Shown here piece after piece: positions 39,658-47,653 of a stretch of DNA of 64,000 nt. Under the pieces are notes generated by a model. That model saw nothing but the letters and a program-made list of their open reading frames with translations. It made no database searches and was not told the DNA's origin. Source of the stretch: an uncultured Bacteroidota bacterium. GTDB taxonomy: Bacteria > Bacteroidota > Bacteroidia > Bacteroidales > M50B96. The position numbers and the translations under genes were made by a program. Within the stretch, counting starts at the first letter, position 1. Every line of letters begins with the position of its first letter. The DNA is taken from positions 9,317 through 73,316 of the forward strand of contig CALGAK010000025.1 in the NCBI GenBank assembly GCA_937954085.1, in the 5' to 3' direction.

Positions 39658-40056
39658 ATGAAAACTAGAATTCTTAGCATTTTTGCGCTAGTAATGGTTA
39701 GCATGCTCGTTGTAGGCTTTATGCCCAGCGCCCAAGACGGATGGGACATTCCGGAAAAGTATCAGAAAATGAAAAACACCCTAGAACCAAACGATGAGAA
39801 CATCGCAATTGGTAAGAAACTGTATAACAAGCATTGTCGTTCTTGCCATGGAACCAAAGGCTTAGCCGATGGACCGAAAGCTGCCAACATGAGAACTCCT
39901 ATGAGAAGCCTTGCTGGTGCCGAATACAAAGCTCAGTCGGATGGCGTGAAGTATTACAAATCGTTTGTTGGGAAAGATGAAATGCCCAACTTCGAAAAGA
40001 AAATCACCGAGGAAGAAGATCGTTGGGCTATTATTAATTACATGGAAACTTTATAG
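39658..40056 (+). CDS. Class I monohaem cytochrome c
   Basis: Signal peptide, a single CRSCHG motif in the context GKKLYNKHCRSCHG, and a distal Met candidate (…KDEMPNF…). 132 aa. Confidence 0.8.
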   Translation: MKTRILSIFALVMVSMLVVGFMPSAQDGWDIPEKYQKMKNTLEPNDENIAIGKKLYNKHCRSCHGTKGLADGPKAANMRTPMRSLAGAEYKAQSDGVKYYKSFVGKDEMPNFEKKITEEEDRWAIINYMETL

Positions 40057-40086
40057 TGTTTTCATAACTAACTAGCTGTTAGATAA

Positions 40087-40119
40087 AGAGGATGTCGAAT
40101 GACATCCTCTTTTTTTTTT
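40087..40119 (+). terminator. Rho-independent terminator closing the cytochrome/NrfCD operon
   Basis: Perfect 10-bp stem AGAGGATGTC-GAAT-GACATCCTCT followed by 9 T. Confidence 0.75.
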
Positions 40120-40190
40120 CAATCCATGATGATATTTGCTAAGCCTTGAGAAAGACTAAATTAACTAGCTGATTGAATTCGCTATCCTCA

Positions 40191-40204
40191 TTGATAAATA
40201 TCAT
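40191..40204. promoter_or_regulatory. FNR-consensus-like palindrome TTGAT-AAAT-ATCAT
   Basis: One mismatch to TTGAT-N4-ATCAA. It lies about 100 nt upstream of the hexahaem lipoprotein ATG. A TAnnTTTG -7-like box (TATTTTTG) sits at 40259-40266. Confidence 0.45.
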
Positions 40205-40303
40205 TTAAAACAGCATGCATCTCACCTTCCGGGAACTCAGAAACAGCAAGCATTCCTCTATTTTTGAACCGGACATTATAATCATTAACTTAATTTTATT
40301 GAG

Positions 40304-41314
40304 ATGAAAAAAATTCTGACTTTATTGACCAGCAGCTTGTTTTTAGCAGGCATGGTTTTTACCAGTTGCGAAGGACCTCAGGGGCCCGAAGGACCGCAAG
40401 GACCAGCAGGTGAAATTGGAGCTTTAACTTGTGTGGAATGCCACGACTTCAGCACCGATTTATTTGCAAAAGTTTTACAGTACGAAAATTCCACCCACGT
40501 AACCGGTGGAAACTACAATCGTAACTACGGCGAATGTGCAATTTGCCATACACACGAAGGTTATATTGATAACTTAGAAACCGGTGCTGGTACTTCCGAT
40601 GCTGCTTTAGTTAATACTACTCACATTAACTGCCGCACTTGCCACATGATCCATGAGAACTACGATGCAACCGACTGGGATTTACGCGAAACTGAAGCAA
40701 CCACCTTCTTTACAGGTGTTGCAGCTCCCGACATGGGAACCGGTAATCAGTGTGCTTCTTGCCACAAATCTCGTGCTTACGACGTTCCTGAAATTGGCGG
40801 ACCCGATGTTGAGATTACCAGCAGCCGTTATGGCCCACACTATGGTGTTCAAACCGATATGATGGCTAGCCATGGCTTATATGAATTCCCTGGCAGTTTA
40901 AGCTATCCGAGTAACAATCCTCACGGAAACCTTGCTAACGGTTGTGTTAGTTGTCATATGGCTCCCGGATATGTTGACCAATCAGGCGGACACACCTTCA
41001 CAATGAGAAATGAATCAGAAGCGTTGAATATGACCAGCTGTACCGATTGCCACGGTAGCCTTACTTCTGAAGATGTAGATGCTTTCCAAGCTGAAATTCA
41101 TGTTTTATATGATTCATTATTCAACACCCTAGTTGCTAAAGGCTTAATGAATGAAACAACTGGTTTAGTTGTTACTGGAACAGTATCGGGTAGCGAAGCT
41201 GCTGCTATCGCTAACTATCGTACCATTTATGGCGACCATAGTTTTGGTCTTCACAACCCAGGTTACATTAAAGCTATCCTAAACAATACCTTAGAAGCTG
41301 CTCAAGATTTCTAA
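40304..41314 (+). CDS. Hexahaem c-type cytochrome lipoprotein with collagen-like Gly-X-Y linker
   Basis: Lipobox MVFTSC, then GPQGPEGPQGPAGEIG (five G-X-Y triplets). Six CxxCH motifs follow (CVECH, CAICH, CRTCH, CASCH, CVSCH, CTDCH). 336 aa, monocistronic, between two terminators. Confidence 0.85.
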   Translation: MKKILTLLTSSLFLAGMVFTSCEGPQGPEGPQGPAGEIGALTCVECHDFSTDLFAKVLQYENSTHVTGGNYNRNYGECAICHTHEGYIDNLETGAGTSDAALVNTTHINCRTCHMIHENYDATDWDLRETEATTFFTGVAAPDMGTGNQCASCHKSRAYDVPEIGGPDVEITSSRYGPHYGVQTDMMASHGLYEFPGSLSYPSNNPHGNLANGCVSCHMAPGYVDQSGGHTFTMRNESEALNMTSCTDCHGSLTSEDVDAFQAEIHVLYDSLFNTLVAKGLMNETTGLVVTGTVSGSEAAAIANYRTIYGDHSFGLHNPGYIKAILNNTLEAAQDF

Positions 41315-41336
41315 TCGAAAATCTCTAAACGATTCA

Positions 41337-41371
41337 ATCCCGAATGCCTTCGCATTCGGGATTTTTTTTTT
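41337..41371 (+). terminator. Rho-independent terminator after the hexahaem cytochrome gene
   Basis: Perfect 11-bp stem ATCCCGAATGC-CTTC-GCATTCGGGAT followed by about 10 T. Confidence 0.75.
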
Positions 41372-41452
41372 CAAAAAAAAATTAAACAACCTTTCAAGTT
41401 ATAATTCCTATCCTACATTTGCATCGTTGTTGCATTTAAAAACGCATTGCAA

Positions 41453-41887
41453 ATGAAACCTATTGACATCTTAAACGAAACCCATCTCAAACGAACCAGC
41501 TGTAGAGAGGGAATTTTAAAAGTAATGCTTGAATCGAATGAGGCACTTTCCGAGAACGAGATACGGGAGCGCTTGGAAGGTAACTACGATCGAACGACCT
41601 TCTATCGATCATTCAAAACCTTGGAAGAGAACCACATCGTGCACAAAATTATAATCGATGCCAGTCTTACCAAGTATGCTCTTGAAGAACAGTATCTGGA
41701 AATAGGTCCGTTACATTCAGAGAAAGAAACAACATCGATGCATGCTCATTTTCATTGTCAGCAATGCAATACGGTAAAATGCATTCCATTAAAAGACTGT
41801 CCTACCCCTGTGCTGCCAGAAGGCTACCTCATCGATCATTTTGAATTAATCGTAAAGGGAACGTGCCAACTATGCAATTTGAATTAA
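41453..41887 (+). CDS. Fur-family metalloregulator (Fur/Zur type not resolvable)
   Basis: Winged-helix N-terminus (…RTSCREGILKVMLES…LSENEIRERL…DRTTFYRSFKTLEE…) and C-terminal HAHFHCQQC…CQLC metal sites. The first ATG was chosen; the track uses TTG at 41447. The stop lies 1 nt before the next gene. Confidence 0.8.
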   Translation: MKPIDILNETHLKRTSCREGILKVMLESNEALSENEIRERLEGNYDRTTFYRSFKTLEENHIVHKIIIDASLTKYALEEQYLEIGPLHSEKETTSMHAHFHCQQCNTVKCIPLKDCPTPVLPEGYLIDHFELIVKGTCQLCNLN

Positions 41888-41888
41888 G

Positions 41889-44285
41889 ATGTCGATCGTA
41901 GTTCGAAGCTATCTTTTCTTCAACCTGCTGATTATTTCGAATTATCTAGTGGCGCAAAGCCGGATTCACGGGCGGGTTTATGATCAGGAAGGTAAGGCCC
42001 TGACAGGAGCTATCGTACAGGTGAAAGAAAAACCAGAGGTCGTGATGACTGATTCCTTGGGACGGTTTTCAACTTCGGGACTTCCTCCAGGATTCTACAC
42101 CCTTCAGGTAAGCTTTATGGGATGCACAAATCAAAGCCTTCGTGTGTCCTTGCAAGAAAACAGCGAATATCTCGAGGTACATCTTCAACCGTCTCCTTAT
42201 CAACTAAATGAAATTACCATTCAAGAGAAGAACCTCTCCGAAAATACTTCTCCTCCATTTGGCCCATCCGTGGAAGTATCGGCCAATTTCCTTCAACGAT
42301 ACGATCAAGGCAGTTTAATGCAATCCCTTTCGCGACTGGGAGGTGTTCAAAGTCAAAGCATTGGCTCCGGTACCTCCAAGCCAATGATTCGTGGATTAGG
42401 CAGTAATCGCTTGGTAGTGACTGAAAATGGAGTAAAACATGAAAGTCAGCAGTGGGGAATGGATCATGGGCTCGAAATGGATCAATATTCAGCCGATAAA
42501 GTAAAGGTTATACAAGGACCTTCTTCCTTGAAATATGGTTCAGATGCACTAGCAGGAATCATTGAAGTTCAGTCATTTTCGCCTGTTTTGAATCAAGGAT
42601 TTAGAGGTAAATTGAATGCACACACCCATTCCAATTCCGGGCGCTTAGGTTCTCATTTAACTCTTAGCTGGAGCGACAGCACCTATCATGTTGAAATGAA
42701 AGCCGGAGGAACTCGTTATGGCGATTACACTGTACCGGGCGATAGCGTTGATATCTATTCCTTTCGTATCCCTCTAGACGAGGGGCGATTGAGGAATACC
42801 GCAGGGCGTGATCATAGTCTAAGCTTTGCATTTTTTCGTCAGGGAGAGCAAGCCGATCAGCGTTTGCAATTGAGTTATTATTTTCAACAAGCTGGATTTT
42901 TTGCCAATGCGCATGGGATTGAACCCAGGAGCGTTGACTATTCCCTCCACGACCGCAGCAATTGGGACATTCTCCTTCCTCAATTTTGGGTAAAGCATTA
43001 TAAATTCCATTACATGAACGACAGAAAAATTGGTTCATGGAGTCTGAAACAATCCTTCGCCTATCAGTTTAACCACCGCGAGGAGTTAAGCGAATATACA
43101 CAACATGGGTTCATGCCTGCGAGCCTGCCCGATTCCTTATCCTATTGGAGCGAACTGGATCGGTCCTTTAAAAAGCACAGCTATCATTATCAGCTCATTA
43201 CTCATTATCAGCAAGGAAATCGCTGGCAGTTTGAGCAAGGACTTGCGTTTGAAGGACAACGGAATCGGATTGGAGGTCGTAGTTTTTTACTTCCCAATTT
43301 CAATCAGCTAGGTGGAGGCATTTTTTCGACTGCTAGGTATCAATTGTCTTCTTATCATAGCATAAGTGGTGGGTTTCGGATCGATGCAATGCAACTTAAA
43401 AGCGAGCAGCATGCCGATTGGTTTGCCACTCCCCTTCTACATGATGTGGAATCCGAGCCCGTTTATCTGATGCGCTCCAGTGAATTGGAAAAAACCTTTA
43501 TGAACTACGCATGGAGTATTTCTTATGAATGGGAAACCGTGGATCGAGCCATTGCGATACATTTAGGAAGAAGTTTTCGCAATCCAATTGCCAAAGAATT
43601 GGCTGCTAATGGCGTCAATTATCACTATTTTAGTTATGAGATTGGCAATCCTGATTTAGATCAGGAGGTTGCTTATCAGGGTGATGTAAATCTTCGATGG
43701 AGTAACACATTCATTGAACTACAGATTAATCCATTTCTCGGATACTTCGAAAATTACCTTTTTCTGGATCCTACCTCCGAATATGATCAATTGTATGGAC
43801 AAGGAAATCAGGTATTCAGGTATTCAGAAGCTGCTGTTTTACGAACCGGAGGTGAAGTAACGCTCCTGACCAGGTTCAGCTCGAATTGGATGCTTGGAAA
43901 CACCACTGAGTATTTGTACACGGAACAATTGAGCGGCACTAAGCTTGGGTATCCCCTTCCCTTTTCTCCGCCGCTTAGCAGTTTGTGGAGCCTAAGTTAT
44001 GAAATGGATTATCAACAAGAAAGGGCTATTCGTTTTGAATTGGACTATCAGCTAGTAGCAGCACAAACTCGCATTGTAGCACCCGAGTTCATTACTCCTT
44101 CCTACCAATTATTTGGCTTTAGAGCACAGGCTGATTTTAGTCTTTTCGGGCAAGAATTTACATCCAGCTTTCAAATCCAAAATTTGCTCAATACCCGCTA
44201 TTGGAATCATACTTCCCTGTATCGACTCATGAATTTGCCTGAGATGGGACGAAATATTCAGATTAGTCTTCACTATATTTTCTAG
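41889..44285 (+). CDS. TonB-dependent receptor with N-terminal CarboxypepD_reg domain
   Basis: N-terminal …GRVYDQEGKALTGAIVQV…TDSLGRFS…LPPGFYTLQVSFMG, plug motifs (…PMIRGLGSNRLVV…NGVKHE…) and a C-terminal barrel ending …ISLHYIF. 798 aa. Confidence 0.85.
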   Translation: MSIVVRSYLFFNLLIISNYLVAQSRIHGRVYDQEGKALTGAIVQVKEKPEVVMTDSLGRFSTSGLPPGFYTLQVSFMGCTNQSLRVSLQENSEYLEVHLQPSPYQLNEITIQEKNLSENTSPPFGPSVEVSANFLQRYDQGSLMQSLSRLGGVQSQSIGSGTSKPMIRGLGSNRLVVTENGVKHESQQWGMDHGLEMDQYSADKVKVIQGPSSLKYGSDALAGIIEVQSFSPVLNQGFRGKLNAHTHSNSGRLGSHLTLSWSDSTYHVEMKAGGTRYGDYTVPGDSVDIYSFRIPLDEGRLRNTAGRDHSLSFAFFRQGEQADQRLQLSYYFQQAGFFANAHGIEPRSVDYSLHDRSNWDILLPQFWVKHYKFHYMNDRKIGSWSLKQSFAYQFNHREELSEYTQHGFMPASLPDSLSYWSELDRSFKKHSYHYQLITHYQQGNRWQFEQGLAFEGQRNRIGGRSFLLPNFNQLGGGIFSTARYQLSSYHSISGGFRIDAMQLKSEQHADWFATPLLHDVESEPVYLMRSSELEKTFMNYAWSISYEWETVDRAIAIHLGRSFRNPIAKELAANGVNYHYFSYEIGNPDLDQEVAYQGDVNLRWSNTFIELQINPFLGYFENYLFLDPTSEYDQLYGQGNQVFRYSEAAVLRTGGEVTLLTRFSSNWMLGNTTEYLYTEQLSGTKLGYPLPFSPPLSSLWSLSYEMDYQQERAIRFELDYQLVAAQTRIVAPEFITPSYQLFGFRAQADFSLFGQEFTSSFQIQNLLNTRYWNHTSLYRLMNLPEMGRNIQISLHYIF

Positions 44286-44316
44286 AACAAACAGCTAGTT
44301 ATACAAATCAAATCAG

Positions 44317-46560
44317 ATGAAAACCTCAACCTTTCTATTCGTGCTTCTCCTAGTGGACCTTATGACTTTTAGTCAAAGTAAGATAATTGGGAGAGTTAGC
44401 GACCAACATAATAATCCTTTGGTAGGTGCAACCGTTTATCTACCCGAACTGAATAAAGGGACTATCACCGATTGTGAAGGCGAATATTCCCTCAAGAATA
44501 TCCCTAAAGGGAGAATAACTATTCAGTTTTCCTTCTTAGGTTATCTCACGGAAGTAAGATCCATACTGGCCTCAGATACGTTAGCCCGCATAGACATTCG
44601 ATTAAGCGAAGCGGTAATTCAATCGCAAGAAGTGGTGGTTACGGGCGGATACGTGAGTTCTCAGCATGAGAATGCCGTGAAAATTGATGTGTTAAGAAGT
44701 AAAGATTTTTCATGGTTGGGGACTCCTAATTTTACTGAAACACTCACGCAAATTCCAGGAGTTGACATGATTTCCAAGGGGCAAGGTGTTGCCAAACCCG
44801 TTATTAGAGGTCTTTCCATGAATGACATTTTGGTAATGAATCATGGTGTGCGCATCGAGAACTACCAATATGGTGAAAATCATCCTATTGGGATTGATGG
44901 GAATGATGTAGAACGGGTTGAGATCATTAAAGGACCGGCGTCGCTTTTATATGGTTCCGATGCAATTGGTGGGGTAATCAATTTCATTAAAGAAAAACCA
45001 GCCCCTACCCATCAGTTAGTGGGTGATTATGGCATTCAGCTGCATTCGAATACGCTGGGACTAAATCAATCGGTGGGACTCAAAGGAAGGCTAGATAAAC
45101 TTTACGGAGGAATCCGCTTAGGACATAAGACCCATTCGGATTATATTCAGGGAAATGGAGACTTTGTTCCTAATACACGATTTAATGAACGAAGTTTAAA
45201 CGCCCATACCGGTTATTCTGCCAGTAACGGAAGTTTTCGTTTATACTACGATTATTTCGAACAAGATTTAGGGATGAGTGTACCAGCGGCTATCTCGTTG
45301 ATTTCAGAGGCGGACAGAACGAATCAAATCTGGTATCAAGATTTAGCCTACCAATTGCTTTCGTCGCAAAACAGCCTCTACATTCGTAAATTCAAATGGG
45401 AATTGAATGCTTCCTACCAGAGCGCCCAAAGGAAACTCCAAACCCTCGAAAAGGCTCCCTTTGTTGAAATGAACTTGAATACTTTTAGTTACGAATCGAA
45501 AGTGTATTTCCCATCGGATAAAGGGCAGGAATATATCTTGGGCATACAGGGGATGTTGCAAACAAATAGCAATAAGAACGACAGAGAGAGTCAATTTTTA
45601 CCCGATGCAAACAGGAATAATTTAGGGTTTCTAGGGTTAATCAAGTACTCACTGTTTAATCAACTCAAACTTCAGGGAGGATTCCGCTACGACTACTTTC
45701 AAACAGAAACATATGCCTTAGGTGCTCCTGAAAGCTTTAATTATCAGGCACCCGTTAATCGTTTGTTTGGAAGTTTTAGTGGATCAATTGGAGCCACTTA
45801 TTCGCCTCAAGATGAGTGGATGCTTCGGCTCAACTTGGCGAAAGGTTTTCGTGTCCCAACCCTATCAGAGTTAACTTCTCATGGCTTACATGGTAATCGT
45901 TACGAGATAGGCAATGACCAACTTGTACCACAGAATTCACTCGAAACAGATGTCAGCGTGCATTATCATGGTCACTATTTATCGTTCGATTTGGCAGCTT
46001 TTCACAATCGAATCGACCAGTACATTTTTATTTCTCCTTCCAACGACACAACCCTGACCGGAGTGCCTATTTTCCATTTTTCACAAACCAATGCCCTGCT
46101 CTATGGAGGAGAAGCTGGTGTTCACTTTCATCCTGAGCAAATTCCCTGGTTACATGTTGAAAGCACTTTTTCGAGTGTTATCGGGAAACAAGAGAATGGT
46201 CATTTTTTACCCTTTATACCAGCTAATAAACTTCGATACGAGATTCGGGCAGAGCATAAACGAATTGGATTTTGGGATAAGCCAAACATTAAAATTTCCG
46301 TGTTAACTGCCTTTGCTCAAAACCATCCTTCACCATTTGAAACCGCAACACCTTCTTATACCCTCATCAACCTTAGTAGCTATTTCGAAATGGTTGTTGC
46401 CAAGCAACGAATACAGGTAGGAATTGCTGTCAATAATATTTTGGATATTCAGTACATAGATCATTTATCCACCTTAAAACCACTGAACTTTTTCAATCAG
46501 GGACGAAATGTAAGTCTTTCCATCAAAGTACCCTTTGGAATTAATTTGGAATCGCATTGA
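44317..46560 (+). CDS. TonB-dependent receptor with N-terminal CarboxypepD_reg domain (second copy)
   Basis: …GRVSDQHNNPLVGATVYL…TDCEGEYSLKNIPKG…, plug motifs (…PVIRGLSMNDILVM…, …IIKGPASLLYGSDAIGGVINF…) and a beta-barrel. 747 aa. Confidence 0.9.
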   Translation: MKTSTFLFVLLLVDLMTFSQSKIIGRVSDQHNNPLVGATVYLPELNKGTITDCEGEYSLKNIPKGRITIQFSFLGYLTEVRSILASDTLARIDIRLSEAVIQSQEVVVTGGYVSSQHENAVKIDVLRSKDFSWLGTPNFTETLTQIPGVDMISKGQGVAKPVIRGLSMNDILVMNHGVRIENYQYGENHPIGIDGNDVERVEIIKGPASLLYGSDAIGGVINFIKEKPAPTHQLVGDYGIQLHSNTLGLNQSVGLKGRLDKLYGGIRLGHKTHSDYIQGNGDFVPNTRFNERSLNAHTGYSASNGSFRLYYDYFEQDLGMSVPAAISLISEADRTNQIWYQDLAYQLLSSQNSLYIRKFKWELNASYQSAQRKLQTLEKAPFVEMNLNTFSYESKVYFPSDKGQEYILGIQGMLQTNSNKNDRESQFLPDANRNNLGFLGLIKYSLFNQLKLQGGFRYDYFQTETYALGAPESFNYQAPVNRLFGSFSGSIGATYSPQDEWMLRLNLAKGFRVPTLSELTSHGLHGNRYEIGNDQLVPQNSLETDVSVHYHGHYLSFDLAAFHNRIDQYIFISPSNDTTLTGVPIFHFSQTNALLYGGEAGVHFHPEQIPWLHVESTFSSVIGKQENGHFLPFIPANKLRYEIRAEHKRIGFWDKPNIKISVLTAFAQNHPSPFETATPSYTLINLSSYFEMVVAKQRIQVGIAVNNILDIQYIDHLSTLKPLNFFNQGRNVSLSIKVPFGINLESH

Positions 46561-46615
46561 TAAAACTTTAGTACATCTATAAACAAATCAGTATTAATCT
46601 AAAACCTTAACAACG

Positions 46616-47062
46616 ATGAATTTAAGTATTCGATTTTTCTTGAGTGCCGCACTTTTAATCAGCTTGTTCACTTCATGTAATGAAGATGATGCCACTCGAC
46701 AACCGGTTATCACCCTAAGCGAATTAGGAATGGAGAATTCGAAGCAGGCCTATATCGGCGACGAGTTGCATATTGAAGCTAGTATTTTAGCCGAAAATGG
46801 GATTGAGCAAATTGAGTTAAGCATTCATCCCGAAGGACTTACCATCCATAAGCAATTGCAAAATAGCTTCGATTCGGGTTGGGAGTTGGATACAGTTTTT
46901 ACCGATTACACGGGGCTAAAGAATACCGAGTTTCACGAACACTTTGATATTCCTTTCACTGCCGTGCCCGGTCTTTATCATTTTCATTTGATTGTTACCG
47001 ACACCGAGGGGTATCAGGCTCACAGCGAAGAGGAACTTTTACTGCTAGCACCCCAAGACTAA
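46616..47062 (+). CDS. DUF4625-like lipoprotein
   Basis: Lipobox LFTSC followed by acidic NEDDA. Ig-like body with …IGDELHIEASI…IEQIELSIHPE…FHEHFDIP…GLYHFHLIVTD. It accompanies the TonB-dependent receptors. Confidence 0.65.
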   Translation: MNLSIRFFLSAALLISLFTSCNEDDATRQPVITLSELGMENSKQAYIGDELHIEASILAENGIEQIELSIHPEGLTIHKQLQNSFDSGWELDTVFTDYTGLKNTEFHEHFDIPFTAVPGLYHFHLIVTDTEGYQAHSEEELLLLAPQD

Positions 47063-47075
47063 TTCAGATAAACTA

Positions 47076-47573
47076 ATGACAACAAAGCAACTAGTATCTC
47101 TATTACTGTTATCCGGAATCTTTTTCGGTGGATGCGATACCGATTCCATCGATCAGGAGCGACCGGTTATTGATTTCACGCTTGAGGGAAGTTTTCCTCA
47201 AGCGTGCGATACAATCTATTTCAACGAAGGATTTGAACTAAGGGCTTATTTTTCCGACAATGAGGGCTTAGCCAGTTTCAGCCTCGATGTCCATCATAAT
47301 TTTGACCATCATAGTCATAGCACTGAACCGGTAAGTTGTGAATTAGATTCGACTAAAGAGGCTACGAATCCATTTGTATATATCCAAGATTATCTTTTGG
47401 ATTCAGCAGAGATTCAAGTTTCAGAGCAAATTCTCTTCAGCTCGGACAGTTCTCAGCGACATGATTCGGGCGACTACCATTTTTTCCTCCGCTTAACCGA
47501 CATCAATGGTTGGACCACTTACCGTGGCGTTCCGGTGAAGCTTCTTTATCGTGATTCGGTTTTAAACAAGTAG
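47076..47573 (+). CDS. DUF4625-like lipoprotein with His-rich motif
   Basis: Lipobox FFGGC followed by acidic DTDSIDQE. …LASFSLDVHHNFDHHSHS… is the His-cluster motif I associate with DUF4625, followed by …GDYHFFLRLTD. Confidence 0.7.
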   Translation: MTTKQLVSLLLLSGIFFGGCDTDSIDQERPVIDFTLEGSFPQACDTIYFNEGFELRAYFSDNEGLASFSLDVHHNFDHHSHSTEPVSCELDSTKEATNPFVYIQDYLLDSAEIQVSEQILFSSDSSQRHDSGDYHFFLRLTDINGWTTYRGVPVKLLYRDSVLNK

Positions 47574-47653
47574 TTAAAGTAGAACACATATCCGAAAGAG
47601 TACGGCATAATCGTGGATGAATGGAGATTTCGGGGTTGGGTGAAATAAAAAAA

